This document shows, piece after piece, positions 12,515-31,000 of a DNA stretch of 64,000 nt. The stretch comes from Amoebidium appalachense (Eukaryota; Protista; Ichthyosporea), in NCBI GenBank assembly GCA_963693365.1, contig CAVNZM010000006.1, forward strand, positions 7,047,264 through 7,111,263. The letters are read 5' to 3'. Under the pieces are notes generated by a model. The model was not told where the DNA came from, made no database searches, and saw nothing but the letters and a program-made list of their open reading frames with translations. Positions within the stretch are counted from its first letter, which is position 1. The number at the start of each line of letters is the position of its first letter. A program made the position numbers and the translations under genes.

Positions 12515-13531
12515 GCTACAATGTTGTGTTTTTTTCGTGTGACCCTCGTACTCCAGAGGCACATTCACCATCCCCCCCATAAACTTTGTGGTAAATGTCT
12601 CGTGCTAGAAGCTGTTCTGTGGGTAGTTATTGAAAAAACCAATAATGTGTAAGTAACACATGGACATATACTATGCTACAAGGGGGGTCTATTCGAGCTA
12701 CAACATTGTGTTTTTTTCATGTGACCCTCATACTCCAGGGGCACATTCACCATCCCCCCCTATAAACGTTTTGGTAAATTTCTCGTGCTAGAGGCTGTTC
12801 TGTGCGTAGTTATTGAAAAAACCAATAATGTCTAGGTAACACATGGACATATACTATGCTACAAGGGGGGTTCTATACGAGCTACAACGTTGTGTTTTTT
12901 TCGTGTGACCCTCGTACTCCAGGGGCACATTCACCATCCCCCCCATAAACTTTGTGGTAAAGTTCTCGTGCTAGAAGCTGTTCTGTGGGTAGTTATTGAA
13001 AAAACCAATAATGTCTAGGTAACACATGTACATATACTATGCTACAAGGGGGGTTCTATATGAGCTACAACGTTGTGTTTTTTTCGTGTGACCCTCGTAC
13101 TCCAGGGGCACATTCTCCATCCCCCCCATAAACTTTGTGGTAAATTTCTCGTGCTAGAGGCTGTTCTGTGGGTAGTTATTGAAAAAACTAATAATGTGTA
13201 AGTAACACATGGACATATACTATGCTACAAGGGGGGTTCTATTCGAGCTACAATGTTGTGTTTTTTTCGTGTGACCCTCGTACTCCAGGGGCACATTCAC
13301 CATCCCCCCCATAAACATTGTGGCAAATCTCTCGTGCTAGAGGCTGTTCTGTCGGTAGTTATTGAAAACCAATAATGTCTAGGTAACATATGTACATATA
13401 CTATGCTACAAGGGGGGTTCTATACGAGCTACAAAGTTGTGTTTTTTTCGTGTGACCCTCGTACTCCAGGGGCACATTCACCATCCCCCCCATAAACTTT
13501 GTGGTAAATGTCTTGTGCTAGAAGCTGTTCT
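12515..13531. repeat. ~183-bp tandem repeat, ~5.5 copies, plus a diverged copy from ~12345
   Basis: The unit gctacaacgttgtgtttttttcgtgtgaccctcgtactccaggggcacattcacc...gctacaaggggggttctatacga recurs every ~183 nt. Confidence 0.92.
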
Positions 13532-13713
13532 GTGTCTGATGTGTGGATGTCTGTGTATGTTGTGTGTGTGTGCATGTCTGTGTGTGTGTATGTGCTCAGT
13601 TGAAGGGAAGGGGGGGGAGAGGGGGGATGCACCGTGTGGGTGCATGTGTGCACGTGTGTGTGTGTGTGCTCTGTGGAGAGGGAAGGGGAGGGGGGAAATG
13701 CACCGTGTGTGTG

Positions 13714-13744
<31 letters not shown>

Positions 13745-13912
13745 CTGTGTGTATGTGTGTGTGTGTGTTGTGTGTTTGTGTGTGTGTATATGTCTGTGTG
13801 CATCGTGTGTGGTGTGTGTGTGTGTGTGTGCATGTCTGTGCATGTGTGCATGTGCTCGGTGGAGAGGGAAGGGGAAGGGGGGGATTCGTGTCCGTGCATG
13901 TGTGCATGTGTG

Positions 13913-13955
<43 letters not shown>

Positions 13956-14030
13956 ATGTATGTGTGTGTATATGTGCTCAGTTGAGAGGGAAGGGGAGAG
14001 GGGGGATGCACCGTGTGTGTGCATGTGTGC

Positions 14031-14542
14031 ATGTTAATGCAAAGTACACACGGGGGAGTCCGTAGAATTTTTTTTTCCGACGGAGGGGGGGGGGGACGTG
14101 ATCGGGGAATTTCAGTGTTTTCTCCAGTCCCGCATGCAACATACCAGCCTTCGTATCCAAAAAACCCAAACACCCTTTCCTTTAGCAAGCAGCTGACTTT
14201 CTCACCACCAAACGTAGATGGGGGTGGGGGGGAGTGCCCACGTTCACCCACACATCCCCACGGGCATTTGCCGGCCCATCAGGGGGGGTCCAAGAGGGGG
14301 GAGGGGGGTCATTCTATAGTGTGCATGTGTTGTGGAGGGAAAAAACGTGCAAACACCCTCAGAATGGACGGATTTCGATGCAGTTTTTTTTGTTTTCACA
14401 ACGGGAAGGTATGTTAATGCAAAATACACACGGGGGAGTCCGTAGGATTTTTTCCCGACGGAGGGGGGGACGTGATCGGGGAATTTCAAGAAGAAAAACC
14501 TAAAATCTCAATATCTCCCAAAACCCTCCGAATGGACGGGAG

Positions 14543-14576
<34 letters not shown>

Positions 14577-14710
14577 GGGGGGGGGATTGGGGGGGGGGGG
14601 AGGCATCAAACGTGATGGCTCACACACCCCCACTGAAATTTGCTGGCCCCATAGGTGGGGTCCATGGGGGGGGGGGGGGGGGCATTGTATAGTGTGTTTT
14701 TTTTTGTGGG
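14031..14710. repeat. Imperfect ~380-bp tandem duplication
   Basis: atgttaatgcaaa.tacacacgggggagtccgtag...gacgtgatcggggaatttca occurs at ~14031 and ~14411. accctc.gaatggacgg occurs twice. Confidence 0.7.
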
Positions 14711-16826
14711 GGGGGGGGGGGGGGGGGTTTACACATTGGTTGGTTATCTCCAAGGCAATGGGCAACGTCCCCCCCCCCCCCCCCCCCCTCTCCCCGGCGG
14801 GCCCGCCGCTGCGCTGCGGAAGATTATTCTGATCCACTCGAATCCTTTTGTCCCAAACACAGGCTTGCAGGATAAGAAAGGCCTGCACCTTGCAAAGCTG
14901 GATGCCTATTTTGCATCAGAAGGGAACTTCGACCCCAGCCCCAGGCTTGAAGGACGTGGCAATTGCCTAAAGTTCCTGCCGCTACAGCTGCAGTTGTTCC
15001 TAGCGGGCTTAACGCCTGCTGAAGCACGGGGGACTCCACGGGGGGATCTGCCTCTTCCAGTGAAAAGAAAATATTCCCATACAACAGCTGCTATATTCGA
15101 CTGCAAGAAGGTGAGGAGGGAGTGTATCTTAAGGTGGTGGGGTGTAAGGAGTTTTATGGTCGGCGATCCGCACTGCAGTTTCAGGTATGGTTGGCGTATT
15201 TATTCAGGACTTACTGACAAAATAGTAAGTATAGCTCTAGTATAGCGTGAGGATATTCTTAGGAGCTTCCTAAGGTATGCGATATATATCTTTGCGTTTT
15301 TTTTTGCGTTTTTTGTGCATTTTTTATTTTTATTTTTTATTGTGTTTATTTAGGGTAAATTCCACGCACCGGCCACTTGCTCCGCGCAGGCATTGCACCG
15401 TTTGCCAAGGTATCTCGCCTAATTTATAGGTACCTTAAATATTATTATAACTAAAACTTCTGTATTTGGCAGTTGAATGCCCCAGTTTTACTTACATTAG
15501 ACGGATCATGATTGTAATGATAACAGTGCTTCGGATTCTGTTTTGCACCCCTCCAGTAAATCTTTGTTTCCATTGGCTATCAACGCCTCGCGCGCACCTG
15601 CGCGACGCCTTCATGTTTCATGTTTCAATAAAAGCGTACCTTGTGACGCCTTCATTCAATTTGTGAATGCAGTGTGAAATTCGATCCTAAAAAACAACCA
15701 ATCAAAAACGTTGGAGTGATCTATCCCACAATCAAATGCGCAATCCCTTTTCCCGCCGTATATATTGAGCTAACCCGCGCATCATGGATCGTGGTCCTGG
15801 GTAATCGGCATTGACCGAGGGGTGAAGAGGCCGTGGCTGAGGATAGCGATACGTGCTTTGCTTTTCTATCCCAGGGAACACTTAAATATCATATAAATCG
15901 ATCCCATTAAACCCTTAAAGAGGTCCTAAAGTAATCCTAACACAATACCTAATTGCAACTCTGAACATCTTTAAGCTACCCCAAATAGGACGTGAAGATC
16001 GCAGAAAGGTATCACCAATACTTGCCTTAGACTGCGTTAGCATATCACATGCACAGACATGGCCTGTCTTGAAGATATAATTTGGATGGCCAATAGCGCT
16101 ACAAAAGAACTCTCCAAAGATCTCCTTAGATGATCCATTGCCTAGCTGTGATATATCCTGACGACATCCTAACGCAATCAGTTCGTTTCGCACATGTTGC
16201 ATGGTACATACGGGATTAAGAGAGGATAAAGATTGTACTAAGATCTCCGCAGTATATCTTTAACATATCTCTACGCCCACCCCACGAGTGCCTTATGTCA
16301 ACTTACTTGCGTGTATAATGCATCTTACACACATCTATATAATATGTATCGGTATCTCTCATAGACATCCTGTAGAGTGAGTGCAGACGTCTTTAGGACA
16401 TCTGTCAACTACCCCATGTTCCGGGATGATAAAAATATGTCCTCAATCCGTCCAAGATATCATTAAGAAGTAAAAGACATGAAAACCCGAAAGACGTCTT
16501 TCATATATCCCGCATGCATCCGCAACCCATCGGACAATTTAATGGGGGGTAAGGACATCCGGACTTGTGCTGATGGGTATAAGTGCACTTCCAGGTGTCT
16601 GTATGACATCTTGTCAGACGACTTTACTATGTCTTGCAGATGTCCACTGTCTTGAATCCGTGCCAGACGTATTTAATATATATGGGATGTGTTTCAGACG
16701 CCTTGCCATCCTGAAATTCCGGGTTATCCTAAACCCGTCCTAACCTATCTCTTGGATATCTTAACGACGATAGGACGTCATAAAGTTGTACTGGACAGGT
16801 TTCGGATGGGGGGTGATCTTTGCTGA

Positions 16827-16878
<52 letters not shown>

Positions 16879-17919
16879 ATACACAACTTGAAACACAACC
16901 TGAAACGCACGCACAAACATACACATAACCTACCTTGTTCCGTACCGTTTTGCGTCATCGAGTGTGTTGGGGATATTTAAGATACACTGTACTAGCAAAT
17001 TCTTGGGCATATGGGGCACGGTTCACTGGTTAGCCAGGTCAAACTTTTCATTTCCAAAACAATTTATTTGCTGTGCTGTGGCTGGCTGCAGCATACACAC
17101 CTAAGAAGCACCCACGGCGCACGCAAGCACGTACGCACGAGTACGATCACGCCTTACATACACCTACTGTCATGTTGAACTACACTCGGCCAGGTAGAGT
17201 CTAGATCTAGATCTCGCACAGGCGTGCCGCATGCCTTTGTTTTCTGTAAGCATGCCATCGGACTGCGCCTTCGGGCGGGCCGCCCAAGCGCTTTGCTGGA
17301 AGTCTTGCTGGAAAAAAAGCCTTTAAGTTTACTGTGTTCTTTATAATTTCACGTATTACGATGCCAAAATGTACGGGGTAACTCATATACCATAGTTTGG
17401 TTTAAAAAAAAAGAATATCCTGAAAGCATTAGATTGCTGTCACTGTGCGTATTGATTGGTTGAAGAGCGCCGTCAGTCCCAAGCTGCTGACTTTCCACCA
17501 ATCGCACGAGCCTCAGTAAAGCTGCAGGGAGGCAGTGAGGCTGAGCCTCATTGATTTGAGGGCATGTACTGTAAACATCTGTTACACCCGCACACACTCA
17601 CGCGCGTAGGTACACATACACACATGCATATTCACACAACACGCGCGCAGCATGAGCAAGCACACAGGCACTCACTCACTCACTTACACAACACTGCACA
17701 TACAGCCACATATGTGCACTATCTCAGTAGATTGTGGATCTAGTAAGTAATGCGACACGACTCTCAATCCTAGACTACTGTCAGATCTTAGACTATATTA
17801 GATCGGACACTGTGTGACTAAAACCCAACGCTCTGATACACACTTTCCGTAAACCATTGGTGCGAAAGCCTTTCGTTGGTCACAGCATCATTCTAAGACT
17901 TAGTACATGTACACTATAA

Positions 17920-18627
17920 GGGGGTGTTTGGCAGTGCATATCGTGTTTTCATCGTATTCGTATTTTCGCGCAATACCACGAATACAAATTTGTGTCGTGC
18001 CAAACCGTGGCACGCCGCAGAATTCTATCTCGCGAAAAGACAATGGGATCGCTTTAATACCGTCTTTTTGAAAATCACCATCGGACTGGTGGTGATTTTT
18101 GAAAAGACAATACAACTTTAAGCCAATCATAAGCGAAATAAGCTTCTGTCGGATCCATCCGATCCAATCAAAGTTTTTAGAAATTCCTCAAACCACTTAT
18201 GGTTATTTTGGCTTTGAGCTGGTCGAAACTGTCTGTTCTTTTCCAAAAATGCTGTTTTTTACAATAGAAATAAAGGGAAAAAAACAATTAGAGGTGTAAA
18301 TTACTGTGTGAATAAAATAGATATAAAAACTTGTGCAAACTATGCTTAAATTATAACTTTTAATTGCACTTCGAAGTATTAACTGGATAATTATCAGTTT
18401 ACATCCTTCGCCCAATCAAACACCTGAAAAATACACTTTTAGCATTCCATTGAAGAAACCTAAATGCGATCGATTGAACATATCTTGCGTGTTTAGGCGT
18501 GTTTGGCGCGCCATAATCGTATTATGGTCCCTAAATACGCACACCTCAAAATGATTTTATGAGTACGAGTAATCGTCTTTTCACACAATCATATGAATAC
18601 GATTATTTTTGGCTGCCAAACACGCCC
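17920..18627. mobile_element. PIF/Harbinger (Tourist-like) MITE, 708 bp
   Basis: TIRs GGGGGTGTTTGGCAG / CTGCCAAACACGCCC (14/15). TAA on both sides (17917-17919, 18628-18630). AT-rich non-coding interior. Confidence 0.8.
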
Positions 18628-19445
18628 TAAAACCATCAGACGGTATTTCCGATACACACACACACGAGATATGGCGGTGACATGCTCTATAGAGCGTCAA
18701 CGCCAAGCAGCAGAACCAGGCAGATTTGCAGCCTTGAAGCACCTGTAGGTGACCAAAACTTTGCAACAATTTCTTGAAGGCATGTCTGCAACAATTTCTT
18801 GAAGGCATGTCTACCAAATATACTATCTTCACGGTCGTATTAGGGTTCATTGACGAAGAACTATGAGGTCGTGGAGATAAATGTAAATTGTGAATAAGTG
18901 TCGACATTGCTGTCGGCTCTGTTATCTGCCCCGGACGGTGCATCATGTGCCCATGTACATCATATGCCCATGTGCATTGTGTGGGCCGGCATGTACATCA
19001 TTTCCCATGTACATGTTGTGCCCACACTCACTATGTGTCCATTTACTTAGGCCATCTCTGACTTGTCTGGTTCGAGGAGCACGTCCCTTTCAATTGACCG
19101 CGCGGCCCATGACAGAAGGCTCACGTTCGGTTGGTCTTACGTGAATCTGATCAGCAGTGAAATCACAGGAAAAGTGTGCCGAGCCTTGTGTTCACTTTGG
19201 CACGAACCGTGAGAGGCTTTAGAATAAAGAAACGGTAGGTATACCTTCAAGAAATTGCTGCAAAAAGTTTGGTGCCAATTCTACAGGTGCTTCAAGACTG
19301 TGGATCGGACTGGTGCCGCTCCAAGCAGCGTTGACATTCTATAGAGCATTTAGTACCGCAATTTCTCGCTGGGGTGTGTGTATCAGGGATATGTGCCAGA
19401 CTGATGATATACTATTGTATGTACAATACTTATACCCAAGAATTC

Positions 19446-19630
<185 letters not shown>

Positions 19631-20357
19631 GCACACACACCCACAAGTCAGCATGCTTTGACACAAGAACACAAGAGAATGCATAACCCCATCCGCACAA
19701 TGTGTATTTTATTCACATCACTTTTTAAGATAATACGGTGCCACGCTTTATTTTAGTCTTGCAATTGCGCGTGACCCATTCTGTAGCTGGATGTATAATG
19801 AAATGGTAGTACCGTACAACCATGGCATACGTACCATAGGCCTGTGTTGGCCGCAACCACCATCAGCCGAGCCACTGAGCCACACAAAGCTCCTATCCTC
19901 ATATCATGCTATGGTTTAGCTTTTCCTTATTGCACTTGCCCGAGTGGAAATGCCTATATGGAGTGTATTCGCTCACCTACAGTTCGACCTGCAACACAGA
20001 TATTTGAGTGGATGCATGCAGCCACACAAAGTCTTCTGAGATAACAACCATCATGGTGGCCCCACCACTCGAAAAGCAAAAAGCAATTTATTTCCATCAT
20101 TCAATCTCTTTTGTCCGTGCCACACTTAGAACACAACACATTCACGTCTAGAGCTGGTGGCCAAAAAACAACCAATGTGTGCTTCGCTCCCCCCTCCCCC
20201 CCCCCCCCCCCCCCCCTCCCCCTCCCCACTCCCACCCAACCCCCCTCCCACCCACCCCTGCGGCTGTGTGCTTGCTGTGTAGGGCACTGTGTGCGCATGG
20301 CAGCACTCTGCATGGGCCCAGGGCCAGCCTGGAGCCCCTCTGCCCCCCTCTAAGCAT

Positions 20358-26257
<5,900 letters not shown>

Positions 26258-26524
26258 CCTCCTGCCAGCCCCAGCCTAAAGCCCCCCTTGGCTGCTAGCG
26301 CGCCACCCCTACAGATCCCAACACTACTATAGCTACTGTGTTTGCTGTGTGCCTGCGGACTCAAGGGGGTGTTACGTGATGTGGTTGGCTTTGATTACGT
26401 GATCCGCCTGGCTGCTAGTCTGTCTAGACATGACGTCATCACCCAGACTTCAGGTCACTACTCGGCGAAGAAAAATGTGTTGGCTTGGTTCACAAGTTGG
26501 CTCAGGGTTGGCTCTCCCCCCCCT

Positions 26525-26575
<51 letters not shown>

Positions 26576-26845
26576 AAAAAAGGCCGTGGGGGAGGGGGGG
26601 TGGGGAAGGGGGAGGGGGGCTATCTGTCTTTTGAACAACTATTTGGCTCAGGTTGGCTCCCCCCCCCCCCCCCCCCCCCAAATTAAAAAGGAAAAAAAAA
26701 AAAAGGCCTTGCCCCCTCCTCCCCCCCCCCCCCCCCCCCTTCATCCCCCCCTCAAAAAAAAAAAAGGCCTTTGGGGGGAGGGGGGCGGGAGTTGAGGGGG
26801 GGCTATCTGTCTTGTGAAAAACTGTAAATGTACATCATAAGTAAA

Positions 26846-26984
<139 letters not shown>

Positions 26985-28075
26985 TGTGTGTGTAGATAAG
27001 CATATTGTGCATATACGTATACTTCGATCAAGTAGCATCGGTATTTTATTGAGTAAATCAGATATTATACTGATCATCTATAACTTTAATCATAAGCAGC
27101 GATGGACAGACTAAAATATTTTACATCCTCGGCATGGCATGGCCCATGTACGGCCATTAGGCCATTCCAACAGGGCTATCGCTCTATCTCCCCCCCACCA
27201 AACCACCCCCACCCCCGACAACAACAAGCAAATACGCCCATGCACACCACCACCAACCTCCTCTTCCATTCAGGAACCCCCAACATCAAGCTGCACCTCC
27301 CCCCCCCCCCCCCCCATAGATATCTAGACAGCAGGCCACATGTCCGCCATGCCCCAGCAACCCCTGGGCTTACTTTGAGCCCTTGCCTCTGGTGCCCACC
27401 CCGGCAAGCTCACTCCATGGGGTGCCATAACACCTGGCATGGCCCTGCTGCCACATTTGCCAGAGTGACCCCTCCCAGGCCACCACCAGACCCACGTGCA
27501 CCCGTGCATATGGCACCCTTGCTCTCCCCTACATATACCGCTTAGTGCACGTGACCAGCATGCATCGTGCCACGTAAAGGGCAGTGACCGTCCGGCGCTC
27601 ACTCCCAGTCCGGGCCGAGGCTGTGACTGTGACTCGTGACTGTGAGCCACTTGCATACCTTGCATGCAGGGTAGGAAACATGAAGCATATTTGCCATCTA
27701 TCTGTTGTTGTAGTTGCATGCATGCCAGATATTATGATATTTCACAAAAGAAAATAATTATTTTTGGTGTCCCTATTTTTTTTCGGTTTTATTCAACTAC
27801 GACCATACAATAGGCACAGTGTTGACTTGCACGACTTGGCAACAAGTTGCCAACAACATATGGGGCTCCAAATCAACAATAAAGCCAGTGTGCCGCATTC
27901 CAATCCGTATGTCAGCCAATCAGATCGGGGCACGCCTGATTCATTAAAAACGCCATAGGAAAAAAAATCCTCATCAAACACTCAGGACTGTGCCTGTGCT
28001 TTTGCCAGGAAACGTGGGTGTATACCTGGAAAACAAACGAGATAGGACACCTACGGGCAAGAAAACACAGCAACC

Positions 28076-31000
28076 ATGTCGCAGGATGACTCGTCCATCC
28101 CCGAGAGGTAGGCCACCCGCCTTTCTCCTTCAGTCATACTGGGCCAGGCAGGGGCTGACAGGGCCACACAGAATTGGGCCCTACAAGGTGCTGCGTGTGA
28201 TGGGCGCAGGGTCCTTTGCCCAGGTCAGCGTGGGTGAGCACGTCGAGACGGGCGAGAAGGTGCGTGCCTGGGGGCGGCCTGTGCACGGTTAGGGGGAGGT
28301 AGAAATTTGTGGTTGTGGTTTGGGTGTTGCTTGCTTAAGCAAGGGACCGGGAGACTTGTGCCTCTGGATGGAATGTGCTTGGTTAGGGAGCATGAACGTG
28401 TGGCTGTGGTTGGCTGGGCCCGGTTAGTTGGCGGGGAGATGTGTGTACTTTGTTGGGGTACATGGTCTTTGGGTCGGAGGGTGCATGGTTGACGGTGGGG
28501 TGTGCATCCTTAGAGGGGAAGAGGGTGTGTGTGGTGGCTGGGGGGTGGAAACACTGGGACCAGTAACATGGGGCTTGTGTTCTGTTGGTGTTCTGAAACT
28601 AGGGGGGTGTGCTGGTGTTGATGCTCAGAGACTAGGGGAGGCTTGCGGCTGTTTGGGTTCAGAGATTAGGGGAGGTTTGCTGGTGTTGATGCTCTGTTAC
28701 TAGGGGACTAGGGGGGGTTTTTTCTGGTGTTGATGCTCTGAGACTGAGAGACTAGGAAGGGGTTTTCTGGTGTTGATGCTCTGATACTAGGGGGTGTTTG
28801 CGGCTGCTGGGATTCTGAGACTAAGGGGGGTTTGCTGCTGATGTTTTTCTGAGACACGAAGGGGTTTGCTTCTGCTGTTGGTTTGAGACTTAGGGGATTT
28901 TGCTGGTGTTGATGCTCTGTTACTAGGAGACTAGGGGGGTTTGCTGCTGATGTTTTCCTGAGACACGGGGGTCACCACGGTCCTGCTGTTGGTCTGAGGC
29001 TGTGTGGGGACGGTTAGGTTGCGCTCAAGGTGGTCAACACGGCACTGTGGAACGACAAGAACAAGGCCCGGCGCACGACCCTCCTCAAGAGAGAGATCCG
29101 CCTGTGTCGCCTGCTGCACCACCCCAATGTGCATATGCCCCCCCCCCTCCCCCCCCCCTCCCCCCTCGCCTCCCCTTTCTTTCCCCCCACTCCCCTCTCC
29201 CAGAAAGGGTTGCTGCACACACACAGCACACAGCTGCTGGGCAGAGGGCACTGGCATGCCAGACAGGGCACTGACTGGGCCACGGTGCAGGTTATCCGCA
29301 TGATTGGCACCATGCAGGATGGGCCTAAGGTCATCCTGGTCATGGAGGTGCGTGGGGGCAGGCCCGGTGGTGGGGGGAGGGGGTGGGCTGGCGGGGTCTG
29401 ACTGTTTGTTGCAGCACGGGGCTGGGGGGACCTTGAGAACTTCATCTATGCACAAAAGCACCGCTACCTGAGTGAGCCCAAGACGAGGGACTTCTTCCGG
29501 CAGATTATCAGCGGGGTGGACTACCTCCACAAGAACTACATCACCCACAGAGACATCAAGCCCGCAAACATCATCCTCGACAGCAAACAGACCACGCCCA
29601 AGCTGATAGACTTTGGCTTCACAAACATCTTTGACGAGGTGGGTGTGGGGGCTGGCTGGCAGGGACACGGGGCTGGTGCATGGTCTGTGTGCGTGCCATG
29701 CCAGTAGAGCACCACCAGGAGATATGGTCGTGCGTGGGTCTGACCGTGGGGGGGGGGGTTGGTGCTGCAGAAAGAGAAGTTGGCATCGTTTTTGGGGTCT
29801 CCGCATTTTGCAGCCCCCGAGCTGCTGACAGGCACCAAGTATGAAGGCCCACAGGTGAGAAACCGGGGGCAGGGAGGGAGGGGGGTTACATGGTTACAGG
29901 GGTACTGACGAGGTGTGCAGGTGGATATCTGGAGTCTCGGGGTGACGCTGTGAGTGTGGCTTGCTGGGTACATGGTGGGTGGTCTGTGCTGGGTGCTGAC
30001 TGGGCCGCAGGTATGCCTGCCTGACTGGCCGACTGCCTTTCCAGGCCAGCACCATGGAGAAGCTCATGGACCTCATCGTCAGGGCTGACTTCACCTTCCC
30101 CCCCCACGTCTCGGACGGTGCATCACCCACACCCCCCCACCCTCCCCATAGTTTTTAGGCCATGTGTTTTTTGCCGGGGGATAGGTGGGGAAGTTGGGGG
30201 GGGAGGGGAGGAGGAGGGGGGGGGGGGGGAGGGTCAGCTCTCCGTGGTCTGTCTCACAGAGCTTGCTCTCCGTGGCCCTTGTGCCACCACATGAAACCTG
30301 TTTTTCGGCTGAGTAGGCTCCCACTGTGACACTTTATCCTCCATCCCCCCCCACACACCCTTTATGTGACTCATCATACCTCAAAGTCCTTCCGGGTGCT
30401 GACTGGGGGGCTGCAGAGGCGCAAGATCTGATCCGCAAGATGCTGACGGCAGACACGACATACCGTGCAACAATGGAGGTGGGTGGGCCCTCGGCGTCTT
30501 TTTTGTTCTTCGGAGGAAGAGGGGGAAAGGGGGGGGGGGGGGGGAGGGGGGGGGGAGGGGGGGGGAGGGTAGGGGGGGCAGAACTGACAGCAGAGGCAGG
30601 ATGTGCGCCAACACCCCTGGATGAACATCGGCTACCCCACAGCACCCCCCGACCTGGCCATCCCCAGAGATGCTGCTGTCATAGACGTGGACGAGACGGT
30701 GTGTGTGTGTGTGTGTATGTGTGTATGTGTGCTTGTAGTGGTATGGTGTTGTTTGTGTATGTGTAGTCTATGTGGGGTGGGGTCTATATGTGTGCGTCTA
30801 AGTGTATGTACTGGCATGTGTATGTGTAAGTGGGGGCGGGGAGGGGAGAGAGTGTTGGATATGTATTGTGTGCTTGTGTGTACGTGTGTGTGTAGGGGGG
30901 GGGGGGAGAGGGGAAGGGGGGGGGGGGGGGGGAGAGGGCAGAGTGGAGAAATCATGGGTGGGGATGGGGGTGGGTGTACACGTAGGAAGTTGGATGTGTG

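Larger units (their letters stand above)
7874..16828. mobile_element. Putative large TIR element (~9 kb) inserted in a poly-C run, with AT-rich arms of ~0.9 kb
   Basis: CATCAGCAAACATCTCCC at 7874 versus reverse complement CATCAGCAAAGATCACCC ending at 16828 (16/18 identical). Both ends are flanked by C runs. Arms 7874-8790 and 15870-16828 share composition and motifs (gacatc/gatatc/gacgtc; atcctaaacccgt). No transposase is seen. Confidence 0.4.

Noticed and set aside
14790-15245. ORF PAAALRKIILIH...AAIFDCKK as a transposase exon
   Set aside because: No DDE or DNA-binding motif was recognised.
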